Below are positions 11,918 to 23,085 of a stretch of 33,522 bases of DNA, in pieces. Position 1 is the first letter of the stretch, and the number at the start of each line of letters is the position of its first letter. The notes under the pieces are model-generated. The model was not told where the DNA came from, searched no databases, and saw only the letters and a program-made list of their open reading frames with translations. This DNA comes from Geosiphon pyriformis uo1 (Eukaryota; Fungi; Glomeromycota): assembly GCA_016748015.1 (NCBI GenBank), contig JAAOMT010000036.1, forward strand, positions 114,950 through 148,471, written 5' to 3'. A program made the position numbers and the translations under genes.

Positions 11918-14900
11918 TATAGTCTAATCATTATTTAATATAATACAGCCATAACAAGCTCTAAATTATGTATAGTTTATGCACTTTTTACATGTAACCA
12001 GCCATTTAAGTCAGTCAAAACTAAACTATGTTGAATTTATAAAAGAAAATTTACTTAAAACAGTTATCTTTTGCAAAATTACATTCAAAATATTACTATC
12101 AAAAACCAAACTAGTCAATTATTTAACAGTTATATTTGTATTAAACTTAATTTTTAAGAAAGTTTTTAAAACATTATTATTTATATTTTATTTTATTTTA
12201 AAACTAATTACATTTTTATTCAAATTATTAACAATTCGATTAAAAATATCAATTTGTTTTCTATTACAAAAACTTTTTTTAATCTCAAATTTAATAGCAA
12301 ATAAAATGTTTACCAACTTTGAAATAAAAACAACCAAAAAATAAATAAACTTAATAATAGATTTAATTACTAAAGTCAACTTTACCAATTCAAATTTTAA
12401 AAAAACCAACTACAAGTTAATAGCAGCAGCAAAAAAATTAATTTTTACATATAATTTTATATTAGTAAACTAATTTTTAAAAGTTTTAAAATTTAGCACA
12501 AACTTAAATTTTTTTAAAAGCTAAAAATAATAATAGCATATTTTAACTGCTAAGCAAAATCTGAAAAATTAAAAACAAAAAAAATGTAATTATAGACTTA
12601 AAAAACCAAATCACTAATTTCAAAAACAATACAGCCAAAAAAAAATTAATTGACTTGGTATTAAAACTAGTTTTTAAAATAGTAATTTTTTTCAATAAAA
12701 AAAAATCTTAATATTGTTTTTTTTTACAAAAACTAATCAATAAACCAAAGCAGTATTTAAAAACACTTAAAACTTAAAATACACAATACTATATTATTAT
12801 TGAACAGAAAATTTCAATTTAATATTAATATTATTTATAATAATCTTTAAAAAAACATTATAAAAAACAATACTAAATACAGAAATTACAAAAAACTTTG
12901 CAATTTTAAAAGTAATAAACAATATAATTTCGCCAAATTAAATTGAATACTATTAAAATTAGCAGCATTTTTAAAAAACAAAATAATTTGGTAATTATTT
13001 AATTAGTTGAATTTTTAAAATTAAATAATTCAATAAATTAATTAGTAAAATTTATGTATAATAATATATTTTGTTTTGTTTCTAAAATTTAGTATATATT
13101 AAGCAATTTAGCTGTATATTAATTAAAATTAACTTTGGTAAATATATTGCTATTGTTATTATTTTAATAATAATAAAAGTTATTATTTATAGCCAAATTT
13201 AGATTGAGTATTATAATTAATACAGCTACTACAAAATTGATGTAAATATTAAAAAAACCAAATAAAATTAACGTTTTAGTTCTTATAAAAGAAAAAACAA
13301 ACTTTAAAATAAAGATGTTACTTTAAGAAACATTAAGTAAAATATTTTTCTGTAGTATTTTAAAAAAAAGTAGTTTCTTTATTTTTTTAACTTTTTTAAT
13401 TATTTAAGCAAAAATAGTATTTTTGTTACTGGTTTACTATTAAAAAATTTTGAATTCTTTATAATAATAATAATTACATTAAAACTGGTTTTAGTTGGTT
13501 GTTTAAAAAAAACTTTGAATAAATAAAAACTCTAATTTAAAGCCCAAAATAATTTTTTATTAATAATTAAAACCTGTTTTGTGTTTTTATTATTTAAGAA
13601 AAACACTTTAAAAAAATATTGTCTAATTGTTTTTATTTTCAATAAAGATTTCCAAGTAAATATGTTTAATAATAACTGTTTATTTTACAAAAAATAATAT
13701 TAGAAACCTAAAGTCATAATAAGTGTTATTTTTATTAAAAAAACCAATTTTAAGCAAAAGAAATTATTTAAATTAACAATATTTTAATAAAAATATTTTA
13801 ATCAAACAACAATGTTTTATTAATAGTTAAAAAATTTGAAATATAAAAACTTGTAAGAATTTATTTATGTTTTTTTATTTAAATAAAATATTAAAAAAAG
13901 AGCAGTAATTAATAATAACTAAAATAATTATTTGTAATAATAGTATTTTGCAAAAATTTTAATTAATTTGAACAATAATAATATTTTTTTTAATATATTA
14001 AAATTCATAATTAAAAAACTATTAATTGCAAATTGGTTGGCCAATTAACTAAATATATCTTAATATATAGTTGTGTTTAATAAACAATAACAAATTTATT
14101 ATTAATCTGTAAACAATTAATAAACATAAATAATATTTTGTTTAATAATTTTTTAACACAGTAAACATTAATAGTTTGAATATAAAAACAATAATATTGT
14201 ATAATTTTATCAATTTTATCAATTTTAAAAATATAAATATTGTTGCTGTTTTAATATAAATAAATTCCAAATATCTACTAAATAACAAAATTTTATTATA
14301 TTTTTTTAAAAAGTTTTTTGTAAATTAATTGAAATTAGAATAAATAATTATCATAAAACACATATTTAATAAATACTATTAAAAAATATATATATTTATT
14401 AACTCAAAACAATTATTAAAAATTAAAGCCACAATATAACTATTATATCATCTTTTTTGTAGTTTAAAGCTATTAAATTTAGCATATAGTTAAAAAAGTA
14501 GAAAGCTATTTATAAAATTAAAATTAAAAAAAATCTTTTTTGGACTTTTATATTAAATACTTATAATTTTTTAAAAAAATAATACCGATAAACAATATTA
14601 TAATCAATTTTGATTTTAATAAGTGTTTTTTCAAGATCTTTTTAAATATCTAAAAAAAAAATTATAAATAATTACATTTAATTTTTATAAAGCTGTAAAA
14701 AAGTATTTATATATTAATTAATTTAAGCTCTTTTGAATTTTTTTTATTATCAAATTAAAATTAGGTTGAAAAGTAAAAAACTTGCTTTTGTAATTTATTA
14801 CATAAAAAACTGTTAAAAATAATCCATGTTTGTTATTAAATTAATTCAATTTATATTGCTGTTAGTTATTTTTTTTGTTATCTATTAACATATTACTTTA
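11918..14900 (+). mobile_element. Hypermutated retroelement relic, copy B (LTR-like start; extent uncertain, may be composite)
   Basis: Starts TATAGTCTAATCATTA and has CATGTAACCAGCC about 72 nt later, homologous to 5947 and 23086. The interior is extremely G/C-poor, with faint gag/protease-like traces (e.g. LD*VL*LIQL near 13200). Confidence 0.45.
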
Positions 14901-16014
14901 ATTTGTAAATTAAAAATAATATTTTTTATTACATGAGCAATTATACATTTTTTTTATAAAAACAAAAATTGATTTTATTGTTTATCTTTAAATATGGAAT
15001 CGTATAATTTTTTAATAAACTTTAATCTATATTTATCTTTAATTTAACTTGTATTACCTATACTTTTACATTGAATTTTAATATAATGTGTGACTAGTAA
15101 ACTTGAATCCATATTTTTATCTTTAGTTTTACTAATTTATCTATATTTTTATATGGAATTTTGCTTAGGAAAAATTTATCTTATTCAACTAATAATTATA
15201 AATATATTAGGAATTTTATACAGTAGAATATAAATTAAATATGTATAAGAAATACAAAATTTCCATTTGGTATTTGCTTAGAATATATTAAAAATTTATA
15301 GATTACATATGTAATAAATAAAATATAAACAGAAAACTATAATGTATATTAAGAATATATTTATAGCTATAAGGAATTTTTAAATTCTATATAATAGTTC
15401 TATATGTATTTTTATAAGAAATACATGCGATTTTATATGAAATTAAATTTTTCTGTAAAATTCTAATGTATTTTTTGTATAAAGTTTTTATAATGTAATA
15501 ACTTAATAATAATAATATTTTTAACTATTATTGACAGCTTTAACTATTGACAAGAGTTTTTACTATTGATATTTTGACATATTTTTTTAAATTGAAAAAT
15601 ATAGTTAATACTGAAAATAAAACCTCAAAGTTAGCTTCAAGATTTTGCTATGATTTCAATAAGATATTATAATTATTGAAATTAGGAATTAAAAGGAACA
15701 TTTTTGTGCTGTAAATATCTGACCTGTAAGTATTGAACTTTCTTGATTTTCATAAAAAGAAATTGTCCCAATTTTTTAAAAGGCTCAAATCTCGGGGGCT
15801 CAATCTATTTTGATATCGAGCCTTTTATTTATCTATTTCAACTTCTTTCTAAAGATTTAGAAATTACACAGCAATTTGAAAACCTACAGAGGGTGTCCAA
15901 AAGTTTCCGAACAAGATTTTATTTAACAATAATATTTATTTTTTTATAAAATAAAACAAAATAAACAACATATTTATAATTTTATAGTAATTTTCTAAAT
16001 TTTCTATTAAGCTT

Positions 16015-16824
16015 TTAATACTTTGTTGGTCCTCCTTGTGCTATAATTACTGCTTGAATACGTCGTGGCATACTATCAACTAATTTTATAATCGTTGATT
16101 TAGGAATTGCTTTCCAAGCTTCTTTAACATACTTATCAAGTTTTTTAAGAGTAGTTGGCGGTTTTTCTTTTTTACGAATATTACATTTTACTATAGCCCA
16201 TAAATTTTCAATTGNNNNNNNNNNNNNNNNNNNNNNNNNNNNNNNNNNNNNNNNNNNNNNNNNNNNNNNNNNNNNNNNNNNNNNNNNNNNNNNNNNNNNN
16301 NNNNNNNNNNNNNNNNNNNNNNNNNNNNNNNNNNNNNNNNNNNNNNNNNNNNNNNNNNNNNNNNNNNNNNNNNNNNNNNNNNNNNNNNNNNNNNNNNNNN
16401 NNNNNNNNNNNNNNNNNNNNNNNNNNGCTATATTTGCTGGTGAGATTAAAGGTTTCCTTCTTGCATAACGATTTCGTAATCCAACCGATTTAAGAGCACG
16501 CCGAAGAGTTCTAAGAGAAATAGTTTGCTTTGTTTTTCGTTTCTAAAGAGTTCGTATATTTGCAATACATAAACGACGATTTTTTCCATTAAGTGTTACT
16601 AAACGTTTAAGTCGGCGATATTTTTGGTGAGTAAATAAACGTGGACGTCCTGAACGAGGTCTTGAATCAATTGAACCAGTTTCTTTAAATCGTTTTATTG
16701 TATCCGAAACTGTTGTCAAGCTGCAATTGACTATGTTGGCAATATCACGATATTTCTTGCCATGCTGTTGTAATAAGCATATAGTATTACGTTGAGCAAT
16801 CGTTAATTCTTTTTTTGCTCCCAT
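16015..16824 (-). pseudogene. Tc1 transposase with premature TAG at 16543-16545; the catalytic core falls in the N gap
   Basis: HTH with RSGRPR, then RTL*KRKTKQTISLRTLRRALKSVGLRNRYARRKPLIS. After the gap: IENLWAIVK..AWKAIP..LVDSMPRRIQAVIIAQGGPTKY*. Confidence 0.9.
16215..16426. other. Assembly gap (212 N)
   Basis: Run of N. Confidence 1.
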
Positions 16825-17105
16825 TTCGTTTTAATAAAAACGACGAAAAAATCTTATATGCGCGTTACATTTCATTTTTATAAAAAAACGAGTATGAATA
16901 AAATCGATTATGCGCGTCGCGAAAAAACATTATACACGCGTGTTTAAAAAATAAAAAACGCGTAATTAAATAATTAACTAACTTAATTTAGTAATAAACT
17001 CGTGCTTTTCTAATTATTCAAGCATGTGGAATGTTACTCCAAAGTTTGTTCGGAAACTTTTGGACACCCTCTGTATTTAATGATTGAGGGGTTGGATATC
17101 CATAT

Positions 17106-17648
17106 CAGGCATGTTGCAACAAAACCAGACAATGTAAACATTTGGAATAAAACGTTCAGAAAAATTAAAAAATTAAAACTCTTCTTTTTCATATTCATTC
17201 ATCTCGAATGGGGTCGCAGGGAACCAATTCTGGTGTCATGACTGAAAGGAGCTTGGTTGCAAGGTTGTACCTTGCGTGATTGGCATTAATGCGATAAGGC
17301 GGAAGTGGTTGATCAAATGAAAGGATAATGGAGGCTTCAGAAAGAGCAATTTCATCACCGCATTTGCATCTCTTCCTCTTGTGGTGTGGTTGATCTTCCT
17401 TGCTGGGCACTGAGAATGAATCCATTCGACGGCCCCAACGTTATGTCCAGCTTTGAGATAAAAGTAATTCAAGGTGAATATCTCCTTTATGACTAATTCC
17501 AGCTATCTTGGTGACAGCCTGGATAACAGCGATGGTATTTTGAGTGCTGAGAAGGAAGCCAGTGAAAAGATAAAGATAATGGGTTTTCAATAACCAAAGC
17601 CACAATTGCTTGATGTTCACTTTGTCTGGTTTTGTTGCAGCACGCCCC
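17106..17648. mobile_element. Non-autonomous TIR element (543 bp) with GC-richer cargo
   Basis: 36-bp inverted repeats at 17106-17141 and 17613-17648 (30/36 identical; core TGCAACAAAACCAGACAA), flanked on both sides by ATAT. Confidence 0.7.
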
Positions 17649-17878
17649 ATATAAAGTTTGGAACTAAGTTTAATCATAAAATCTTAACATTAGAAGAATG
17701 ATTATCACAAATGGCTTTTATGAAATTTTTGCTGCTATAATTACCGTTAATTAAAATGATATTAAAATAAGCAAAGCTACCCAAAAAAATTTATTTTTGG
17801 AAAGTATATCAAGTTAAAAATAATTTTAAAAAAAAGATTAAATGGTGTATGTTGAAAAACTTTAGAAGTATGATAAAA

Positions 17879-19410
17879 TCAATTTTTAGCTGCTTTTTTA
17901 ATAACCTCAAATATTTCCAATTTATAAACCCAAAATATTTCCAATTCATCAACCTGAAACGTGAATTGATTCACAGTATCAAAAAGTGAAGGTTTGAAGT
18001 GGTTCGACTTATACCAACATGTTTTACTTATGTTACAATCATCCCCAAAAAATAATTCATTGGAAAAATATGGTCCAAAGCTGTTACTATGATCTATTTG
18101 GTTTCCACTTGTACAACGAGCAACCTTTGAGATGGCAGGTTTGTTCCCATCACCAAAATTAAAAATAAAAGCATCAGACGCACTCGAATGTTCTATAAAG
18201 TAATTACTAGAGGCGCCCCAATGTAAGGGATTATAGCCTCCCACAACATTCCTAGATCCAGTTATCTTGGCTACCACAACGGTTTTTAACTGATTACCAC
18301 ACAGATTTCGAAAACTGGTTCCTGTAAAGCCATCACGACTGCCTCGGTAGATAAGTTTGAAGGTGTAGGGAGATTTGTAATTCGTTGTAGCAGCCTTTTT
18401 ATCAATCCATGAAGAAATCATATTGATATGTCGTGATTCTATAATCCGAGATTCGACAAAACGGGGTGTAAAAGTATCCGTTGGTGGTGAAAATCTAGCT
18501 TGAAGATGGTAAGCTAATATTTCATTCCTTAGGTTTTTTGGCAAAATTTTTTTATATGGTAAGACGTGTTTAAAATAGTCGTTTCCAGAGATGCCATAAT
18601 ATCTAATTAATGGGATGAACTGGTGAATTGTCTTCTCAAGGGCAGCGAAATCTTCCGAATCCCAGGTCACTAATTTCTTTCCAACAAGTCTTTGTGTGTT
18701 TCCAATGCCCCATTTGATTAAAGAATGCCACAATTCAATTTCCTCTATCTTAAGGTCATATGTTTGAACCAAGGACAGAAGGACGGATTCTTCCAAAGAA
18801 AAGAAATCATTTGATTTAAAGATAAAATCCGGGCTATCTTCAACCATTTGGGAAAAATGTTCCTTTAGTTTTCCAAAAGGTTCATGACATGAAACTATCT
18901 TTATGGTTCTGACAATATTTTCTTGCAGCCATTTAGATTCCTTTTCAATAAGATATTCTTGGCCATAATTCATTAACTCAAGAAGTTCGAGCTCATCAGC
19001 AGCTATCAGTATTTCCAATATATCTATCGCTTGTTCTTCCTTCCAATTGACCACTCCGGTATAAATATATCTAAAAAATAGTAATATAAGTAGATTTAAG
19101 ATCTTGAGTTTTCACCTTTATATAATATCATCACAAGGCAGATGATAAAGTAACCTTACCTGAGAATTATTTCGAATGTTTTTGCTGCGATATTAGGCTT
19201 CTTGAAAATTAACATATGATCCTTTTTTTTCCCCCAGTCATGTGATAATGCTCGTCGAAAATAAGAAGAGCGAGCACGAAGAATATTAGAGTGAGCTTGA
19301 AACTCTTTAATATAGGGTTCTTGGCCGGCTTCAACAATCAAATTATATTCATCCGAGTCCTGCAATAGCTCGCTAAGGTCATGAATAAGAGCTTCAGTAT
19401 ATTTCGCCAT
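17879..19410 (-). CDS. BTB/POZ-BACK-TLDc domain protein; exons 19410-19160 and 19070-17879, 480 aa
   Basis: BTB motifs (FQAHSNILRARSSYF..FEIILR|YIYTG..ILIAADEL), BACK-like EIELWHSLIKWG, and TLDc (FKLIYRGSRDGF..VGGYNP..FGPYF..VDELEIF). The 89-nt GTAAGG..TTTAG intron at 19071-19159 restores the frame. Confidence 0.92.
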
Positions 19411-19747
19411 TTGAGAATTGAAGCTTGATAATCAATTAAGCAATCCATCAATCAATTTATATAAAAGGACTGATTATATTATCACTTTTTGATTATAATA
19501 TGATGTCATATTTTGTAATTAATGATTACAAACAATAAGTTCATTCAAGGTAGTCGCGATTTTATTTTACATTTCAGATTATCTTAATACAAAAATAAGT
19601 CAAAAGAATAATTTTATATACTGAACACAAAAGAAAGTCCTAAAGAACGAATTAACAATTCTTTTTAGAAAAATTGATCTAGGGTAATAGTTTTACAGCA
19701 GTAAAAATTCAAAACAAAATAAAATCGATGATAACGTTAATGTTAGT

Positions 19748-20115
19748 GTTATACAACCAACAGTAAAATTTGGTGGAATGGTATTTTGATGTGGGGTTGT
19801 TTTACAATGCACGACGTTGACAAGCTTTGTCATATTGAACGGTGAATGGAATAGAAAAATACTTACAGATTATTAATTGGAATTTTAAACCAATTTGATT
19901 TGGATACACAAAATATTATTTTCCAACAGGTTAATGACCCTAAAACTTACCAAGAAGTGGCTTGAGGACAATAATATTTGAGTTTCTCCAGACTTAAATC
20001 CCATTGAATACTTGTGGGATGATGTTGATCAACGTCTTCGCCATCTACCTGAGCAAGTTCATAGCAAGAAATACTTGTGGGAAAATTTCAACACGAAGTT
20101 TGTGCGAAACTTATT
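19748..20115 (+). pseudogene. Degraded Tc1 transposase catalytic-core fragment (third Tc1 lineage)
   Basis: PTVKFGG, MWGCFT, IIFQQVNDPK, TKKWLEDNNI and SPDLNPIEYLWD appear in shifting frames. No TIRs found. Confidence 0.85.
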
Positions 20116-20659
20116 AACCCTTAATTTTAGCCTGTTGTAATTGTTTGCTAAGGCTTATTTCTAGTCAACATTGTTTCCTGTATAAACTTCAGATTTTTCA
20201 ATTTTCAATTAAGTTTCGTTCTTTAAAATACACGCTCTTTTCAAAGCAATAAAAATTCTAAATTCCACATTCAATTTACTACCAATCTAGCTATTTGCAA
20301 TTTTCAACATACAATCCCCTTATTTCTAGACGTTTAAAAACTTTTAGTATAAATCATCATATTATATATTAAAAATCATAAAATTCCTAAAGTTTTTATA
20401 TCTATTAAAAAGTTACATATAATAAGTCATAATAGCAAAGAATTTATATAAGTTTATATTATTTTGAAGATTTTTAAATCTTTAATTCTTATTATTAAAT
20501 AGTTACTTATATATTAAGGATCTTTTTACTAACCCTACCTTCTCATTAACATTAATGTTATTAATAAACCATTAAATATATAAGCGTTTTCTACACGAAA
20601 ACCTCTAGTAAAAGGCGAAAGGTTTACTCGAATGTAGATATCCGGTAGGAGGAATAAGA

Positions 20660-23080
20660 TAATTTGGCTATTTAAGTAAACTCTAACTATACTTTGTATT
20701 AGAATACAGATTAAAACCAGTACTATTGTTTGTAATTCAATCAAAGTTAATGATAAAACACTATTAATTTTTATTTCAATCCCAAGTTTAAAATCTGAAA
20801 AATAAACAGAATTATTAATAGTAATAATGAAAAAACCCAAGTTTTTTACAGAATTATTAGTGTAAATATTGATAATATTTATATTGTATTTTATTAGATA
20901 TTTTTTGGTTATTTTCAAATTATTATATTTAAACAAGCAACAAAACAAGTTTATAAGATAACCAAAATCATAAAATCTTGTCAAATTATTATTTTTAATA
21001 AATATAATAATAAAACAAAACCAAATAGACAATAAATTTATAAAGTTTAATCTTTTTTAACAAAAAAATTTTTTTTAAGTAAAGCAAAAATTATAATAGT
21101 TCAATAATTAATTGACAAAAACCATACCAAATTTTTTGAGTAATCTAACTAATTTATAATAAAAAAACATCTATAACATTTGACATCAAAGTTTTATCTT
21201 TTAACCAAAAAGCTTAAGTAAATTTATTTTTTTTAAAAAATACTATATTTTATTAAAATACTTATTATTCTGGCCAAGAAACTTTCTATAAAATTAACCA
21301 ATAACTTAACAAAAAATTAAAATAAATATTATAGAATTTAGTATATAATTTGTAGATTTATTGTTTAATAATTAAAAAGCTATTTAAAATATTATTTATA
21401 TTAATATAAGCTATTAATTTAGTAATCATTTTTTCTAATTAAATTTATTTAAAAATTTTTAGGCTATTGTTATAAGAGATTTTTTTAAATATTGTTAATA
21501 CTGTTTTGCTGTTAATTTTATTGTTTAATAGAAGTTAATAAATCTTTAATAAGCTAATTTTTCTTTTAAAGTATCTTTTTATACTTTGAATTATGTATAC
21601 TATTAAACTTATAATAGAATAGTAAATTCTATATCAATATTTTTATAGAAAATTTCAATTGTAAACTACTTAATAATATAAAAAAAAATAAAAAAAATAA
21701 ACTTAAAAAAATTATTTAAATCTAGACCTAAAAGTACTAATAGTTAGTAAAATTGTTACCTATTTAATTTCAAACTGTTAATAAAGAATGAGTAATTTTA
21801 AAGCAGTAATAACTAAGAAATTGAATTTTTAAGATAATTTTATTGAATTAATTTATAAAGTAAATAATTTTAAATTGAGATATTTAATACATAATTCTAA
21901 ATAAATATATTTTTTTAAAAAGAAAAGCTTTTTTTTATATAATTTATTATAATACTATTTTATAATCTAATACTTTTTTTTAATATTTTGGTAAACTAAG
22001 ATATATTTTATTAATCTACAAATTATTTTTATAAACTATTAATTATTTTGGTAAATTATTAAATATTTTATCGAATTTCTAAATATTTTACAAATTTTAA
22101 ATATTATATAATTTAGTGTATTATATAATTTAATCATTACAATTTGGTTATATTTGTGTTTGTATAAATTAAGTTATTAATTAAATAATAATTTGAGTAA
22201 TTTAATAAGATAATAAATAATAATTTAAAATAATAAGAATTATAAAAATAATTTCATATTAGTTGATAACTTAAATTTCTGTTAGTAATACTTTAAAGCA
22301 AAAAATAATAGATAATTTTATTTAAAAAATATTTGGCAAATTAATCTTTAATTTTAGTTTTTTTTTAATAATTAAATCCTATTTAGCACAAATCTGCTTA
22401 AAGACAAAACTAAACTGGGTTTTATAACTTTTATAATAAGTTATAAAACAACAAAAACTAAGTACAAAAATTATTTATTAGAGATAGTTTATTTTAAGAC
22501 TATTTTTGCAAAAAATCTGATATTTATATGTTTTTTTTAAGCTAAATATAAACAAACTTTTAGTTAACAAAAATATTCTCAAATATTTATGTATTTTATT
22601 TTTCTTAACAATTAAAATAAGTGTATTATTAATGTTTAAAATAAATGTTTTAATTTAATAATTAATAAAAATGATTATTGTTTCTTATTATTTATTGAAA
22701 TATTATTAATATTAAAAAAACTGTTTGCAATATTCAAAATATATTATAATATAATTATAGAATAATTAATTTAAATAATATTATTTATAAAAATTCTAAC
22801 AGGAAAAAATAAAATAAAGCCAGCTAAAAATTTTATATAATTTAATTTAGCTATAAATCTTGAATCAATTTTATATATATATAAATCTTTTTGCTTTTTT
22901 ATTTTATACAAAATATAAAAAAAATTTTACAGTAGTAAAAAAAAATTTATTTTAATTCAAGTCATTATAAAGTTTATATTTATTTATTAAACCAAAATTT
23001 ATTATATTTTATTGGTTTGCTTATTGTAAATTTTATTAAAGAACCAAATAAATTTTTTATATATTTTTATTTTTAAAAAA
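20660..23080 (-). mobile_element. Hypermutated non-LTR retrotransposon (LINE) ORF2 relic with RT and RNase H domains
   Basis: Minus-strand translations DLN*NK (GLDQGE-like, ~22960), FINNII*I (FVDDTIWV-like, 22791-22768), *YILNIANSFFNINNISINNKK, and RNase H-like YTNNS..LTLIELQTIVLVL..VYLNSQ (20864-20664) occur in canonical order. Confidence 0.8.
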
Positions 23081-23085
23081 ACGAA

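Larger units (their letters stand above)
15887..17073 (-). mobile_element. Tc1-family DNA transposon, copy 2, with perfect 28-bp TIRs and TA target duplication
   Basis: CAGAGGGTGTCCAAAAGTTTCCGAACAA at 15887-15914 and its exact reverse complement at 17046-17073, with TA on both sides. Confidence 0.95.

Noticed and set aside
11554-12409. F/I/L/K/N-rich ORFs (also 6178-6378, 677-907, 25828-26013) as membrane proteins
   Set aside because: Compositional artefacts of AT-rich or hypermutated DNA.
13400-14900. Possible minus-strand LINE endonuclease relic
   Set aside because: Only faint motif resemblance; cannot be supported by eye.
15100-15580. Short recurring GGAATTTT and AACTATTGAC motifs
   Set aside because: May be subterminal repeats of a decayed element, but they are too degenerate to define.
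16212-16493. ORFs made of X (also 26066-26327)
   Set aside because: They span N gaps.
20114-20125. TTAA-CCC piggyBac-like terminus
   Set aside because: No matching opposite end or transposase found.
20535-21032. 165-aa ORF as a novel or mitochondrial-like membrane protein
   Set aside because: It is the mutated RNase H region of the LINE relic.
21160-21195. CYRC as a LINE C-terminal zinc knuckle or integrase motif
   Set aside because: It lies between RT and RNase H, which is the wrong position, so it is likely chance.
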